Assembly: GCF_000315625.1 (NCBI RefSeq)
Contig: NW_005434636.1
Span: 269,298-333,297, forward strand
Length of the DNA: 64,000 bases
Direction: 5' to 3'
From: Guillardia theta CCMP2712
Taxonomy: Eukaryota > Protista > Cryptophyta
A program made the position numbers and the translations under genes. How positions within the stretch are numbered: position 1 is the stretch's first letter; every line of letters begins with the position of its first letter. Shown piece after piece: positions 1 through 14,856 of the stretch. Under the pieces are notes generated by a model. The model saw nothing but the letters and a program-made list of their open reading frames with translations. It was not told where the DNA came from and did no database searches.

Positions 1-42
1 GGCTGCAACCGCCGCCATTGTGATGATGTTCCTGTGCACCAT
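1..42 (-). CDS. 5' end of a gene running off the window (signal-peptide-like start MVHRNIITMAAVAA)
   Basis: The minus strand has an ATG at 42 reading open to base 1. The start is hydrophobic and Ala-rich and is divergent from rhodopsin 1. Only 14 codons are visible. Confidence 0.35.
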   Translation of the reverse strand, partial: MVHRNIITMAAVAA

Positions 43-363
43 CGCGGCTCTTCGTCGGTACGAACCTGAGGCGGACTCTACCGCAAGTTTCAGTGCCGCT
101 GGCCCACTCCGAATTATCGCCGGGGCCCGTGGGTACAGTACCCCTACCCCTTCGATGGGGATCAATCTCAAATAAACACTCACAGAAGGCTGCCCTCACT
201 GGCTGAATTTCATATCTGGGCTTCTAATCAAATAGCTGTATCCTCTGGTGTATTGACAAAAAACCCCGGGGACCACAAGAGAAATTTCGTTTGTACCCCT
301 ACAAGCAAGGGTGGGAGGATGCCTCTTCGGTGGTCTCCTCTGAAAGGTCGTTGTCGATTCGCA

Positions 364-1571
364 ATGGCCTTCGCTGGACCCATGCGCCACTTGCTCCAGG
401 TGAGATGTCAATGTCGTACTCCAGTGCTCCTACTCCTCTACATGCATATCTTTCCACACACTTCCTGATCATTGCCCATTGTATCTGCATCAACAAGTTT
501 CTCGTGGAATTTTCCGTGCCCTCTCATTCGCAGCCTTGTGGGGGTTGTTTGGGGTACCGTCTGTAGAACAATCCTCCTTCTGTATGATTGTCTTGGTGTA
601 TAGAATTCGTTTTGTTTTCGTTGTGAAGACTTCAAATGCTATTGTCATCGGATTGTTGACGAGATTATGCAAACTGACGCCATACAAATTTCTTTTTCGG
701 GGGTCCCTTGTTTAGTTTAGCACATGTTGCCGTGAGCAAGCGCATTCTAATGCAGATAACAGGAGGCCGAAGAGGCTGCCGCCGCAACGGAGCCCACCGT
801 CACCTTCCCTGATGACTACCCCAACTCCGTCAGGCACTTTCTCCTCATCGGATTCTTGGGCATGTTCATCGGAGCCATTGTGTTCTTCTACATGGGTATC
901 TCCCGCAAGGTCAACACAGTGATGCACGTCCTCACCTTCTTTATCGCTGCTGTTTCTGCTTGCTCCTACTATGCCGAGTGGGCTGGTCTCGGTGTCGAGT
1001 ACAAGACCACCGACACCACTCCCCGTGTCATCTTCTGGGCTCGCTACCTTGACTGGGTTGTCACTGGACCTGTAAGATATTATTCTCGCATGCTGCAGTG
1101 AGCTGACTTTGTTTTCCTCAGCTCATCCTCACTGACTTGGCTCTCCTCTCCAAGTCTGACACCCCCACCATCATCTCTTTGGTTGGCAACATGGTCCTCT
1201 ACGTCATCTGCGGCCTCATTGGAGCCCTCACCGTGGCCCCTTACAAGTACATGTGGTGGGTTGCCGGACTGATCTTCTTGATCATCGTCTTCATGCTCCT
1301 CCTCCAGCGCCTCAACAACGCTGAGGGATATGGCGGAGATGCTCTCAAGGGCTTGACCTGGCTCACCATCCTTGTGTGGATTGTCTACCCCATCGTCTGG
1401 ATTGTCGGATCTGAGGGCACTGGAGCTTTGGGTCTTTCCCAGGAGGTCGGCATTCTCACCATTGCTGATTTGATTGCCAAGATCGGCTTCGGCTTCTACC
1501 TTTTGGCCAACGTTGATGCTCCTGAGTCTGAGTCTGTTCCCCTCAACCAGTCCTCCCAGCAGTACGTTTAA
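364..1571 (+). CDS. Type-1 (microbial) rhodopsin, bacteriorhodopsin-like DTD motif, copy 1; exons 364-399, 763-1071, 1122-1571
   Basis: GT-AG introns 400-762 and 1072-1121 join MAFAGPMRHLLQ|EAEEAAAATEP...WARYLDWVVTGP|LILTDLALL...WIVYPIVWIVGSEG...QEV...DLIAKIGFG. Seven hydrophobic helices. BR equivalents R82, D85, T89, D96, W182, Y185, P186, E194, E204, D212 and Schiff-base K216 are present. Confidence 0.95.
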
Positions 1572-1689
1572 GCTGTGAAACATCTTTCACTGCGTTGTTA
1601 GAGCAGATTCTGTGAAGTTACTCTTTAAAACACGAATTTTTCGAAATGTAGTTTTGTTCCTGTTCCTTACGATCTTGTGGCATCATCGC

Positions 1690-2432
1690 GGCGGTTCGGC
1701 CCGGCGTGACCTCAGTTCACAGAGTCTATCTGACGAATTATTTAACAGTGTAAAGAGTCTTCTTGCTGATTTGCTCCGAAAGTCGTGCGGTGGTACAGAC
1801 TGACACATCACAGAATTGAATATCACGGTGGCGCGCCGTGTCGGATCGGACGGTTATCCGGGGCGGCGCCGCCGCAGCCTGCCGCCGGGCCGCGTGAGGC
1901 CGTCCGGCGTTCAACGGTCCGGAGTTCGGACCACTGTGACAACGGTGATGGCAGCCGGGCCCACCTGGGAGAGAGATCACTCAACTTTCAGCCTCAGACC
2001 GGGCCGGGGCCGGGGCCCCCGGGCCGGCGGCAGGGACTGAAACCGTGATGCTGAGAACTGACCGTCGCGCGAGTACCGTACGGTACGCCGTCACAAGTTC
2101 TGCCACCCGGAGCGATCGGGCCCCGGGGCCCGCTAAACTTCCACTTGAGGGACTCGGACTCCGATGCCGCCGGCACTGCGGCAGGGCCGTGCCATGATCG
2201 ATGGCATGATGGCATCCTGATCGGACATGATCATCCGATCGGATGGCATCCTGATCGGACATCGGATGATGGCACTGATCGGATCGGACTCGGACTCCGG
2301 CGGGTTCCCCCTATATCTGCGTGACTTTGGCATAGTACAAGTCTAACAAACTTGTGCTCCGTCAGGCTTCCGAAGTTCGGAGCCGGGCCGGCCCGGGCCC
2401 GGGCCCGGGCCCGGCGGGCCGGGCAGCCGGCC
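1690..2432. repeat. GC-rich low-complexity 'stutter' island (CCGG/GGGCCC/GATC/GTAC words, micro-duplications)
   Basis: Examples: gatggcatgatggcatcctgatcggacatgatcatccgatcggatggcatcctgatcggac, and (CCGGGC)n at ~2390-2413. No credible ORF. Confidence 0.65.
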
Positions 2433-2584
2433 CTGTAGAAGAGGATTCAGCAGAGGAAGAAGGCCTAGAGGGTGGGGTACTCTATGAAGGCACCGGGGGT
2501 AGAGGGGGGTAGGGGTTTACACCGGGGGATGAGGGCACCAGCGGCCGCCGAAACGAGGGAGACATGCAACGAGAGCAGGACTGA

Positions 2585-2630
2585 GAAGGAGGAGGAGAAG
2601 GAGGAGGAGGAGGAGGAGGAGGAGGAGGAA

Positions 2631-2669
<39 letters not shown>

Positions 2670-2680
2670 GAGGAGGAGGA
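2585..2680. repeat. (GGA)n/(TAG)n microsatellite
   Basis: Directly visible trinucleotide runs. Confidence 0.9.
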
Positions 2681-2974
2681 GTCAGAAAAGAGCAGGAAAA
2701 GGGCGAAAAGGAAAGGCATAGAGTTCAGAGGGAAAGGAAAGGAAAGGAAAGGAGGGGATGCATATAGAAATTCTATAAAGGAGCATAGGGTTTGGGGCCA
2801 GTTGATGGCAGGCAGAGGCCAGGGTGAATGCTACATGAAACTTACCGTATGCAACACATTTTTCTCTTTCACGTTCCATAATTCATCAGAGTTTGATGTC
2901 TGTCAGTAGCTGCAGCTGCCTCCCCCCCTCCACGAATTTCTCGGTATGCTCATTTACGATGACGTGCAGGAAGC

Positions 2975-5172
2975 ATGCCCAAGCAGATCTTATCCGCAGG
3001 ATGGGTTGTGCCCATCGTTCCCTCGGGGCTCGTGCTCGAGGATCACTCCATCGTCGTCGAGGATGAGCAGATCCTGGATGTTCTCCCCACCAAAGAGGTG
3101 TCGGGCAAGTACCCAGACGTCCCCGTCACCTTCTCCAGTCCCTCCAGCGTTCTCATGCCGGGGTTCGTAAACTGCCACACCCACTCTGCCATGACACTGC
3201 TGAGGGGGCTGGCGGATGACCTGGAGCTCATGCCCTGGCTCAACAATCACATCTGGCCGGCTGAAGGAAAGTTCGCCGGGGCCGAGTTCGTGGAGGACGG
3301 GACGAGGGTGGCGATGGCGGAGATGATCAAGGGAGGGACGACTTGCTTCAATGACATGTACTTCTTCCCCGCTGAGATCGCCAAGGTCGCAGAGGAAGGA
3401 GGCATGCGAGCCTTCGTCGGCCTCATCTGCATCGGCTTCCCCTCCTCCTACTGCGGCAGCCCTGACAAGAGCATGGAGGAGAATATCAAGGCGTACATCG
3501 GCAAGGGCATGGAGATCAGGGAGGAAGTGATGTCCAAGTTGGCTCGTGTGAGGCCGACGATCGCCCCCCATGCTCCCTACACGTGCGGTGAAGAGGGGAT
3601 GAAGTACGCAGGGGAGAAGGCGAGGGAGCTCAAGGTCCCTTTCCACATCCACCTGCACGAGACGAGCGGCGAGTGCAGCGACTGGATGGACAACAAGAGC
3701 GAGCGGCCGCTGAAGACGCTGGAGAGGTTGGGGCTGGTGGACGAGAGGCTGGTGGCTGTGCACATGACCCAGCTGGACGACGAGGAGATCGAGCTGCTGG
3801 CAAAGAGAGGGGTAAGGGAGGGGATGGGGATACTTGTGTGGGCCGGGGGTGGGCGAGAAAGGGAAAGGGAGGAAGGAGGAAGGAGGAGTGAAAGGGGAGA
3901 GGGAAGAAGGGGAGGGAAGAAGGGGAGGGGAGTATGTCCTGAGGACACTGATGGTGCTTGCAGGCCAACGTGATTCACTGCCCTGAGTCGAACATGAAGC
4001 TCGCTTCCGGCGCTTGCCCTGTGTGGAAGTTGATGAAGAAAGGCGTCAACATGGGGCTGGGAACTGACGGGTGAGGAGGAAGGAAGGGAGAGACAAGGCT
4101 GGAGAGGGTCGGATGAGGGGAGGAGGGAACAGGGGAAGAGAGGAGAAGGATGGAAGAGGAGACGGGGGGAGAAGGGGGTGAAAAGGAGCAAGAGAGGAGA
4201 AGGGGAGGGAGTTGTTGTAGTTGTTGTTGTAGTTGTTGTTGTGGTGGTGGTGGTGGTGGTGGTGGTGGTGGTGAGGAGGAGGAGGAGGGAGGAGGAGGAG
4301 GAGGAGGAGGAGGAGGAGGAGGAGGAGGAGAAGGGAGAGGAGATTGATNNNNNNNNNNNNNNNNNNNNNNNNNNNNNNNNNNNNNNNNNNNNNNNNNNNN
4401 NNNNNNNNNNNNNNNNNNNNNNNNNNNNNNNNNNNNNNNNNNNNNNNNGGTTAACATGGACGGTCTTGAGTCAAGTCCCATGTACAACATCATCTCTCAC
4501 CTCGTTTACTGCACTGGCCGAACACAGGTGACAAATGTTGTTGTTGTGGTGGTGATGGTGGTAGAGGTGGAGGAGGGAGCGAAGGAGGGTGGGGACGAGG
4601 AGGGAGAGGAGGGAGAGGAGGGAAGAATCAGAGGAGGTTGAGGAGGAGAGGGAAGAGAGGAGGAGGGAGAGGAGGAGGAGGATGAGGTCAGTGGTGGAGG
4701 GAGAGGATGACGGTCATGAGCTCAGGTCACTGACGTGTGGGTCGATGGCCAACGTTTGCTACAAGAACGCAAGCTGACAACTCTTGATGAAGAGAGCTTG
4801 AAGCAGAAGGTGCGAGGGGGAGGAGGAGGAGGAGGAGGAGGAGGAGGTGGTGGTGGTGGTGGTGGTGGTGGAGGAGGAGGAGGAGTAGGATGAGGCAGAG
4901 GCAGAGGCAGAGGCAGTGGCAGAGGAGCAGGAGGAGTAGGAGGAGGGAGAGGGAAATGAGGGAGAGGAAGAGGAGGGAGAGAAAGATGAGAAGGAGATGA
5001 GGAGTTTTAGTGTGGCGAGGAGGAGCAGAGAGGGAGGTGCGGTGGAAGAGGGGCAGGAGGGGCAGGAGGGGGAGAGGAAATTAGGGATGGAGAAGGAGTT
5101 TGACTTGAACGATTGCAGGCTCATGCATGGGGCACGAAGATCAAAGAATCAAGTTTTCACAAGATCGGATGA
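2975..5172 (+). CDS. mtaD: Amidohydrolase, 5'-methylthioadenosine/S-adenosylhomocysteine deaminase (MtaD, TRZ/ATZ family); multi-exon, interrupted by the assembly gap
   Basis: Motifs [17 protein letters not shown] (HxH), [30 protein letters not shown]. After an intron: [15 protein letters not shown]...GLGTDG (~3964-4070). Then [11 protein letters not shown] (~4449-4527), [12 protein letters not shown] (~4726-4809) and a last exon 5119-5172. Confidence 0.9.
4349..4448. other. Assembly gap (100 N)
   Basis: Run of N adjacent to a (GGA)n tract. It probably hides an mtaD exon. Confidence 1.
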
Positions 5173-5289
5173 GAACCGCTTGAGAGAAGAATAAGAAGAA
5201 GAATAAGAAAGAGGAGGAGAGATGCTGCGGCGAAGAAGGCTGGACCCTATCGACACGAACTAGGAGATGAAGACATTAAGTTTGATCCC

Positions 5290-8369
<3,080 letters not shown>

Positions 8370-8639
8370 GGCCGGCCGCCTTCCGAAGGTGGAACTCCCA
8401 ATAAAAGGGTCTAGTACCGGTATTTTTGTGGAATATCTTGGGGGTACCTTTTCAGGAGGGGGTGGGTGAGTTTGCAGGAAATCGCAATGGCAGCAAGGCG
8501 GCGACCAGGTTTAAGGATAATTAACTCAGCCTGTGCAATGATGACAATCGTGAAACCACCATAGCCTATCAGAGCATTGTAAGATCTATATCATGGTATC
8601 AATCATTTGAATGTCATCGTAGCAGTGTTTAATATTTTC

Positions 8640-9526
8640 TACAATACGCATTCTCTTTTTTCGACTTGCAACCAGCAATGCTACGCAATCCCCGGAACCG
8701 TTGCATATTACGTATTAATCCTTCATCTCATTGCCCTGATTTAGCATACACTCGCTTTCGATTGTTCTTCTGCGTACTATTGCCAGGCTCCACATCATGA
8801 TCAGATCCATCCCGTGCATTGAAAGCTTCAAGGTCGTGCGGTTTGCTCAGGACAATTCGCTTCTTCGAATGCTCGTATACAAAAGGCAGGTTTGGATCCA
8901 CCTTTTTAGATAATTCTATGCATGTCTGATTGAATTATCTCAGAAAATCCTTCTTGTTCAGATGGCCGATCAAGGACCACAGATTCTCTACACTATCCGT
9001 GCAGCTTCGCAATCTTCGAATTGTTTACAAAACCCAGGATTGATAATCGTCTTGTCCATCGCCAATACATGAATACCTTCTACAAGGTTAAAATTCATCT
9101 CACCGTAATCATGCAAAACCTTGCTGCAGATTCTTGACCTGTTTAGATCACGTGTCTTCATGTCTGCACTCTGCAGCTTATGAAGAGTAGATATGGACGG
9201 TAGAGGCAAGTTATGCAAAGCCTGATCAGAATGGAAGTTTCCCGTATACTTGTTCTCTGGCCCTGACAGTAAACGCAAGATGCTCCCATCGCAAGCATTG
9301 AGCTATGTTTGAATGAGGTTCCGAGACAGGCACATAAAAATTCCATACTGCTAATATCGGTTTGTGTAAGAGCTGAGTTGTTGGGTTGAATGAATGAGGC
9401 TGTGCTGCTCTGTATTTTGATATTGCTTTTCTCAATATGGCTCTTTGATTTTTTATAACGTGAATGTGTTGATTGGTTTACAAAGAATTTATGGCAAACT
9501 GAACATTCTATCATTATTGTATTCAT
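8640..9526 (-). pseudogene. Degenerate P-element/THAP9-like DNA transposase relic with an upstream C2H2-type zinc finger
   Basis: Minus strand reads IECSVCHKFF...SH (ZnF), then LPLPSISTL...HVLAMDKTIINPG (like the P-transposase LPS..TL / L.FDE..I motif). In a shifted frame: IRRLRSCTDSVENLWSLIG (like RRL.QD.LENFFS), then an in-frame TAA and CIELSKKVDPNLPFVYEHSKK. AT-rich with no introns evident. Confidence 0.5.
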
Positions 9527-9529
9527 GTA

Positions 9530-10810
9530 ATAATGTCATGCTTAAAAGATTTATTGATATAGAGCATAACACTCTTTGTACATACGACGTGGGGTATCTA
9601 CTAGGTATATCAAACCAAAGTTTAGCCTTCAGCAAGATGTACCCTCCAAAAACCAAAATGTTTGGGTTAGGGAGCTGGGAATTCACAGATGCCAATCTCC
9701 GACTTGCCCCAGACATTGGGACCCCGAATTGGCCGGCTATCGGCCTTCCTCTGCCTGTGAAATTTAATTACCCAAAACCATTTTAAAGTTAAATCATGAT
9801 GTGTATATTGTAATCAACTTGTGAGGTAACACCACTGTTACAGTGATAAATCATAATATAGCTGATAAGATTTCAAATTTTGGTTTTGTTGATAATACGC
9901 ACCAATTTAAATAAAAATAATCGATAATCAATCATACCTTGTATCTTTCTTGAAGATGCTTATAGAATTTGTCTTCATTGAAGTTTAGTATGATTTTCAA
10001 CATTCTTTGTCAATCTTCTAATGATTCTTTGTGAGACTGGTTCAAGACCTTCTTCCGCATCATAATGACGATCAATCAGACCCATATCTCTCTCTTCAAT
10101 ATCAAGGCAAACTATTTTGAATAGAGATTTTAGGTGTTCACGCAACAGCTTGTTTCTTTCTTTTGAGTCATCTTCATTTCTTGTTGCTTCTTCATTCATT
10201 CGTCTTTTGCTTGGGTTGTTTAGATGAATTCATGTCTTCTCATGGCGTAAGTATGATTTCTCATTTTGGAAAGTCTTATTGCAAACTTTACATTCGGTCA
10301 TGCCTTTTCTTATATATAAGTCTCTATATTGCTTATATCTGCTTAATTTTGATATAAAGAGTTCTTGTGAAATTACATCAAAAATACCTAAATTTGGTTT
10401 TTGCAACATTCTCTCTGTATGTTTAGGTGTGAAGTGTGTGACATTATAACATTGAGGAAACAGCAAATAATGTTATGAGATTGATCAAGAAAGAGGTAGA
10501 ATCACACAAATACAAACCTAATCGGATTTCCTTATCATATTTCCAGTCATGAAATCTAATCCGCTTGCCATTGAGTTGGAGAGCAAGCCGAGTCAACAGT
10601 TTAACAGTTTTTGGTTGGAGCGATACAGTGATCAAGACTACAAGCAGTATGCTGTCTTACACAAGCATGAAGAAGGTCAGATCATTGACACATCCATGTC
10701 GAAGGACGCTTCGAGGATAATGAGCATCAGGGCATCAAAGGGTGATGGCAGAAAGGTTGTCTTCATATTGAACTGCACTGAATCATACTGCTTTCAAACT
10801 CAACTTTGAG
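9530..10810. mobile_element. AT-rich island with short intronless ORFs and a second, stop-interrupted zinc finger (TE- or virus-derived relic)
   Basis: Visibly much more AT-rich than the flanking genes. Minus strand TECKVCNKTFQNEKSYLRHEKT*IHL (~10215-10300) is followed by ORF 9975-10199. Plus-strand ORFs at 9445-9786 and 10549-10809. Confidence 0.4.
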
Positions 10811-11762
10811 TAAAGGATTTTTAACTTAACTTTGAGTAAAGAAAGGATGAATGCCCCGGGCCCGGCCTCGGCGGCCCGGATCACAGAGTCGCGGCCGGGC
10901 GGGCGGATCACCGGGCGGCCGGCCGGTGCGGCAGTGCACTGACCTGACCCAGCAGGAGCCACTACGAAATCTTATCATTTTATTTCAAATTGAGTCGAAA
11001 AGTTTCCTTCAACATTGCAGAATTATTTGGATCTCTTCAGTTGTTCACTTCAGTACCCTACCCTTCAAATCCCCAGACAGTACCCACTCTTTTGAAGCCC
11101 ATCAAACAGGAGCTACCGACCCACCCCTACCATCCAACTCTCGGGCGGCTCATTTCTTAGCTACTACCCCCTTTTGGAAAATTGTGCTTGTTCCACTACA
11201 GGTAAAATATAGCTATCCCATTTTATCCTAATATCTCAAATAAGAAATATCTTACCTTTTGACCTACCACTCAAAACCTTTGACTATCCTCGTGTTTTTA
11301 AAACCATTCAAACTACCCCACCCCCTAATTCTCAGTTGCTGAATTACCACCCCCCTTCCCACCCTGTCTCGCAATCCATTGCTGTCTCGAAATACTACCC
11401 TACCCCCATTACCCCTGTTTTACCACGAACCAACCAACCCCAGCAAATTCACCATTACCCTACCGACCCACCTCCTCGTTAAATTATGGTCATGTACCCA
11501 CATTATTGAAGAGATATAGACCGGTAAAGAGACAACCCCACCATCCTGAATGATACTTTGGAAGTGTATCCACCTCACACTGCTACCACCCCTACATAGT
11601 CGGCTACAGTCTTGGAAAGGTACAGGACCCCCTCTGACCCCTCCCTCATCCAGTAAAAGCAAACCCCCTTTGCCAACACCTCATTCTCCCTCCCCCCGCT
11701 CCACCTCCCACGCGCACCTCCCATCTCCTGTCGTCCCGCTTTTCTGTACTTTCCTAGAATAA

Positions 11763-12479
<717 letters not shown>

Positions 12480-12726
12480 TGATGTTATCACCAAGTCAAT
12501 AAAGTCTTGAGGACATCTGGTGGTTCATTATTGATTCAAAGGATTCTTAGACCTCGAGTTCTTCCAACACTTCACACTGCACTGGTCGTACGTAAACTCG
12601 AAAATGTTGGAGCACAAGACTGCAGTCCGAGGGCTTCGGGGTTGACAGCTGTAGGGAAGGTGGACGCTGGTATGCAAGAGGCCCTAAAAACAAGGTAAGA
12701 ACGCACATACAGTCGTCTTCATCCTT

Positions 12727-14608
12727 TCACCTGGCAACTTCTTTGAAGCCGTTGAGGGTTTCCGACATAGTCATCATGCCAGTCACAACCCCTGTGATTC
12801 CCGTCATTCCGAGTCTCTGCTCAAATCCTCACAGCCATACCGGATGGGATGGCTGGTGACGTGGAAGCTCCGCCAAAAAGCCCGGCCATGGTCCAGACGA
12901 TGATTGACCTTGCATAACAGCATTACAAAGAAGCTGGAGACTATAGTAGACTACCATCCAGCGAGGGCGAGATCAGTTCTCGGAGCACCTGAGAGCTTGT
13001 TACACGGATCACAACATAACCTGACCAAGCATGCCTGCCCATCCCAGAAACAAGCCGAAGGCTGCGCCAAGGGAACCACCTAGGGATCTCACCCACAGGG
13101 ATGTGAAAGCGGGCTGATCAAACAACAAGTTACAGCAAGCAGAGAGCTAAACTTCGCAAAGTCAACCTGTGCAAGGATCAAGTGCCGGGTGCAGAGAGAA
13201 TTTCTCTTGGATCTACTTTTCTGAAAGGAACGACATTGAATTTCACATGACAGCAGTGTGATCTGACCTTGTCGATCGGTTGGTATGGAAATGGATCTCC
13301 GATAACCTGCAAAGTTGTCAGCAGCAACCAGCAGACTAAATTTGTCAGACCTTCGTGTACTGCAAGCTCGGATCGCATCTCCCGAGCTGCGGTCGGTCAA
13401 TGAGATGGGTGATAACGGTTGCTGCATCGCGAGCATGGATGAAGTGCGTGGAAGGAGCGAGTCCTGTGAACTCAAGCGTGCGGGAAAGGATAGCCTGTAA
13501 AGTACACTGAGACAGGGAAGGCAGCACAAGGCCGGCACCTCTTCAAACAGTCTCGCAGCTCCGTTCTTGCGCGGGCCGAGCACGACACAGGGGTAGAGAA
13601 CAGTGAGCCTGTACCTCAAGTCTTCTCTGCCCAGGATCTCCTTGAGAGCTGCAGCCTTTGACTTGATGTAGTTCATGTGAATCCCCTCCATTTTACTCTC
13701 ATCGTATCTGACGGAGAACCTTCGTAGCTTTTCTTCCGAATTGATCAGACAGGCTGAAGAAGCGTAGAATATCTGAGCTCTTTGATTCGCGCAGTTTAAC
13801 ACGCTCATCAGTCCCTTCACGTTCACTCTGAAACAATCGTTTCCTCCCCAGCTGCTCTCAGTCAGATGTCTGAACTTCAGAGGGGAGATACCTCACCAGC
13901 ACGCTAGCAACACGAGGCAGTCTGCCCTCCTCACTTCGCTCCTGTACAGCTCCTCGTCGCAAATGTCACCGATCACCAACGCCAGCCTTTTCCTGTCAGG
14001 ACCATAGAGTCACTTGTTCATCCGTCCTTCGTGCCTTGAGAACCTGGCCTCGTCTTTGACGGACTTGGGCAGCTGAAGTGACTTGGGATCTCGTACAAGG
14101 CAGACGATGTTGTGCTTGGTCGTTTGTAGGAGAGAGGTTACAACCCATCGACCGATGCCTCCTGTCGCGCCTGTGACGAAGATCCTCTTCCTCCTCCATT
14201 CAGCTCCTTGTTCCTGCCCCAAGTAAAGCCCAAAATTGACTGTGTCGCTGTTGAACCCTCCTCCATCCCCACCCCAGCCTCCTCCCCTAACAGAGCTCCC
14301 TCCTCCTCCTCCTCCCGTGCTAGTCGTAGCTTCGAACTATCACAAACATCACAGGGTGATCAGACAAGCGCATGTCTTACAGCTTTTAGTCTCGTCCGAA
14401 CGACCTCGGCGCTGTCCCCGGAGCGGGCATCCTTCACTTCATCATCACAGTCAGAAAACTGGACAACAAACAGCACTCATCACTCTCAGTGTGTGTCCTG
14501 ACCTGCTAACGATCCGACAAAGGCAGAAGGAGACAGTGCCGCTGCCGCTCCCCCAACCATCGCCACCATCGCCACCACCATGGCTACACGCTCCCGCCGC
14601 CATCCCAT
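12727..14608 (-). CDS. NAD-dependent epimerase/dehydratase (extended SDR), probably plastid-targeted; multi-exon
   Basis: Rossmann motif RIFVTGATGGIGRWV, then YASSA, catalytic YIKSK, and YPCVVLGP. Putative first exon MGWRRERVAMVVAMVAMVGGAAAALSPSAFVG (signal peptide + SAF). Ends are approximate. Confidence 0.8.
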
Positions 14609-14856
14609 CTTGTGATGGTATGGATGCACCTCATCTGAATTCTATCCACCCCTTCCATCCGAGGTCATACCCCACCCTACCGTACCTTACTACTCCTTTG
14701 CACTGGAAAATATACCCCTGTAAAGTACCCCTACCCTCTAAACATTTAACCCCACCCCCCTTCCCTCAAGAAATGCATCCTCTGAATGCCGTTACCCGTG
14801 CCAGGGGAAAGGAGACGGGGAGAGCAGAGAGGGAGAAGGAGGAGGAGGAGGAGGAT

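Noticed and set aside
1080-1583. Antisense ORFs over both rhodopsin genes (also 58087-58593)
   Set aside because: Stop-free antisense frames are expected from the strong C/T-ending codon bias; no independent protein motif.
2190-2300. Short repeats with spacers that superficially resemble a CRISPR array
   Set aside because: The units are irregular micro-duplications without constant repeat or spacer length, the context is eukaryotic, and no cas genes are present.
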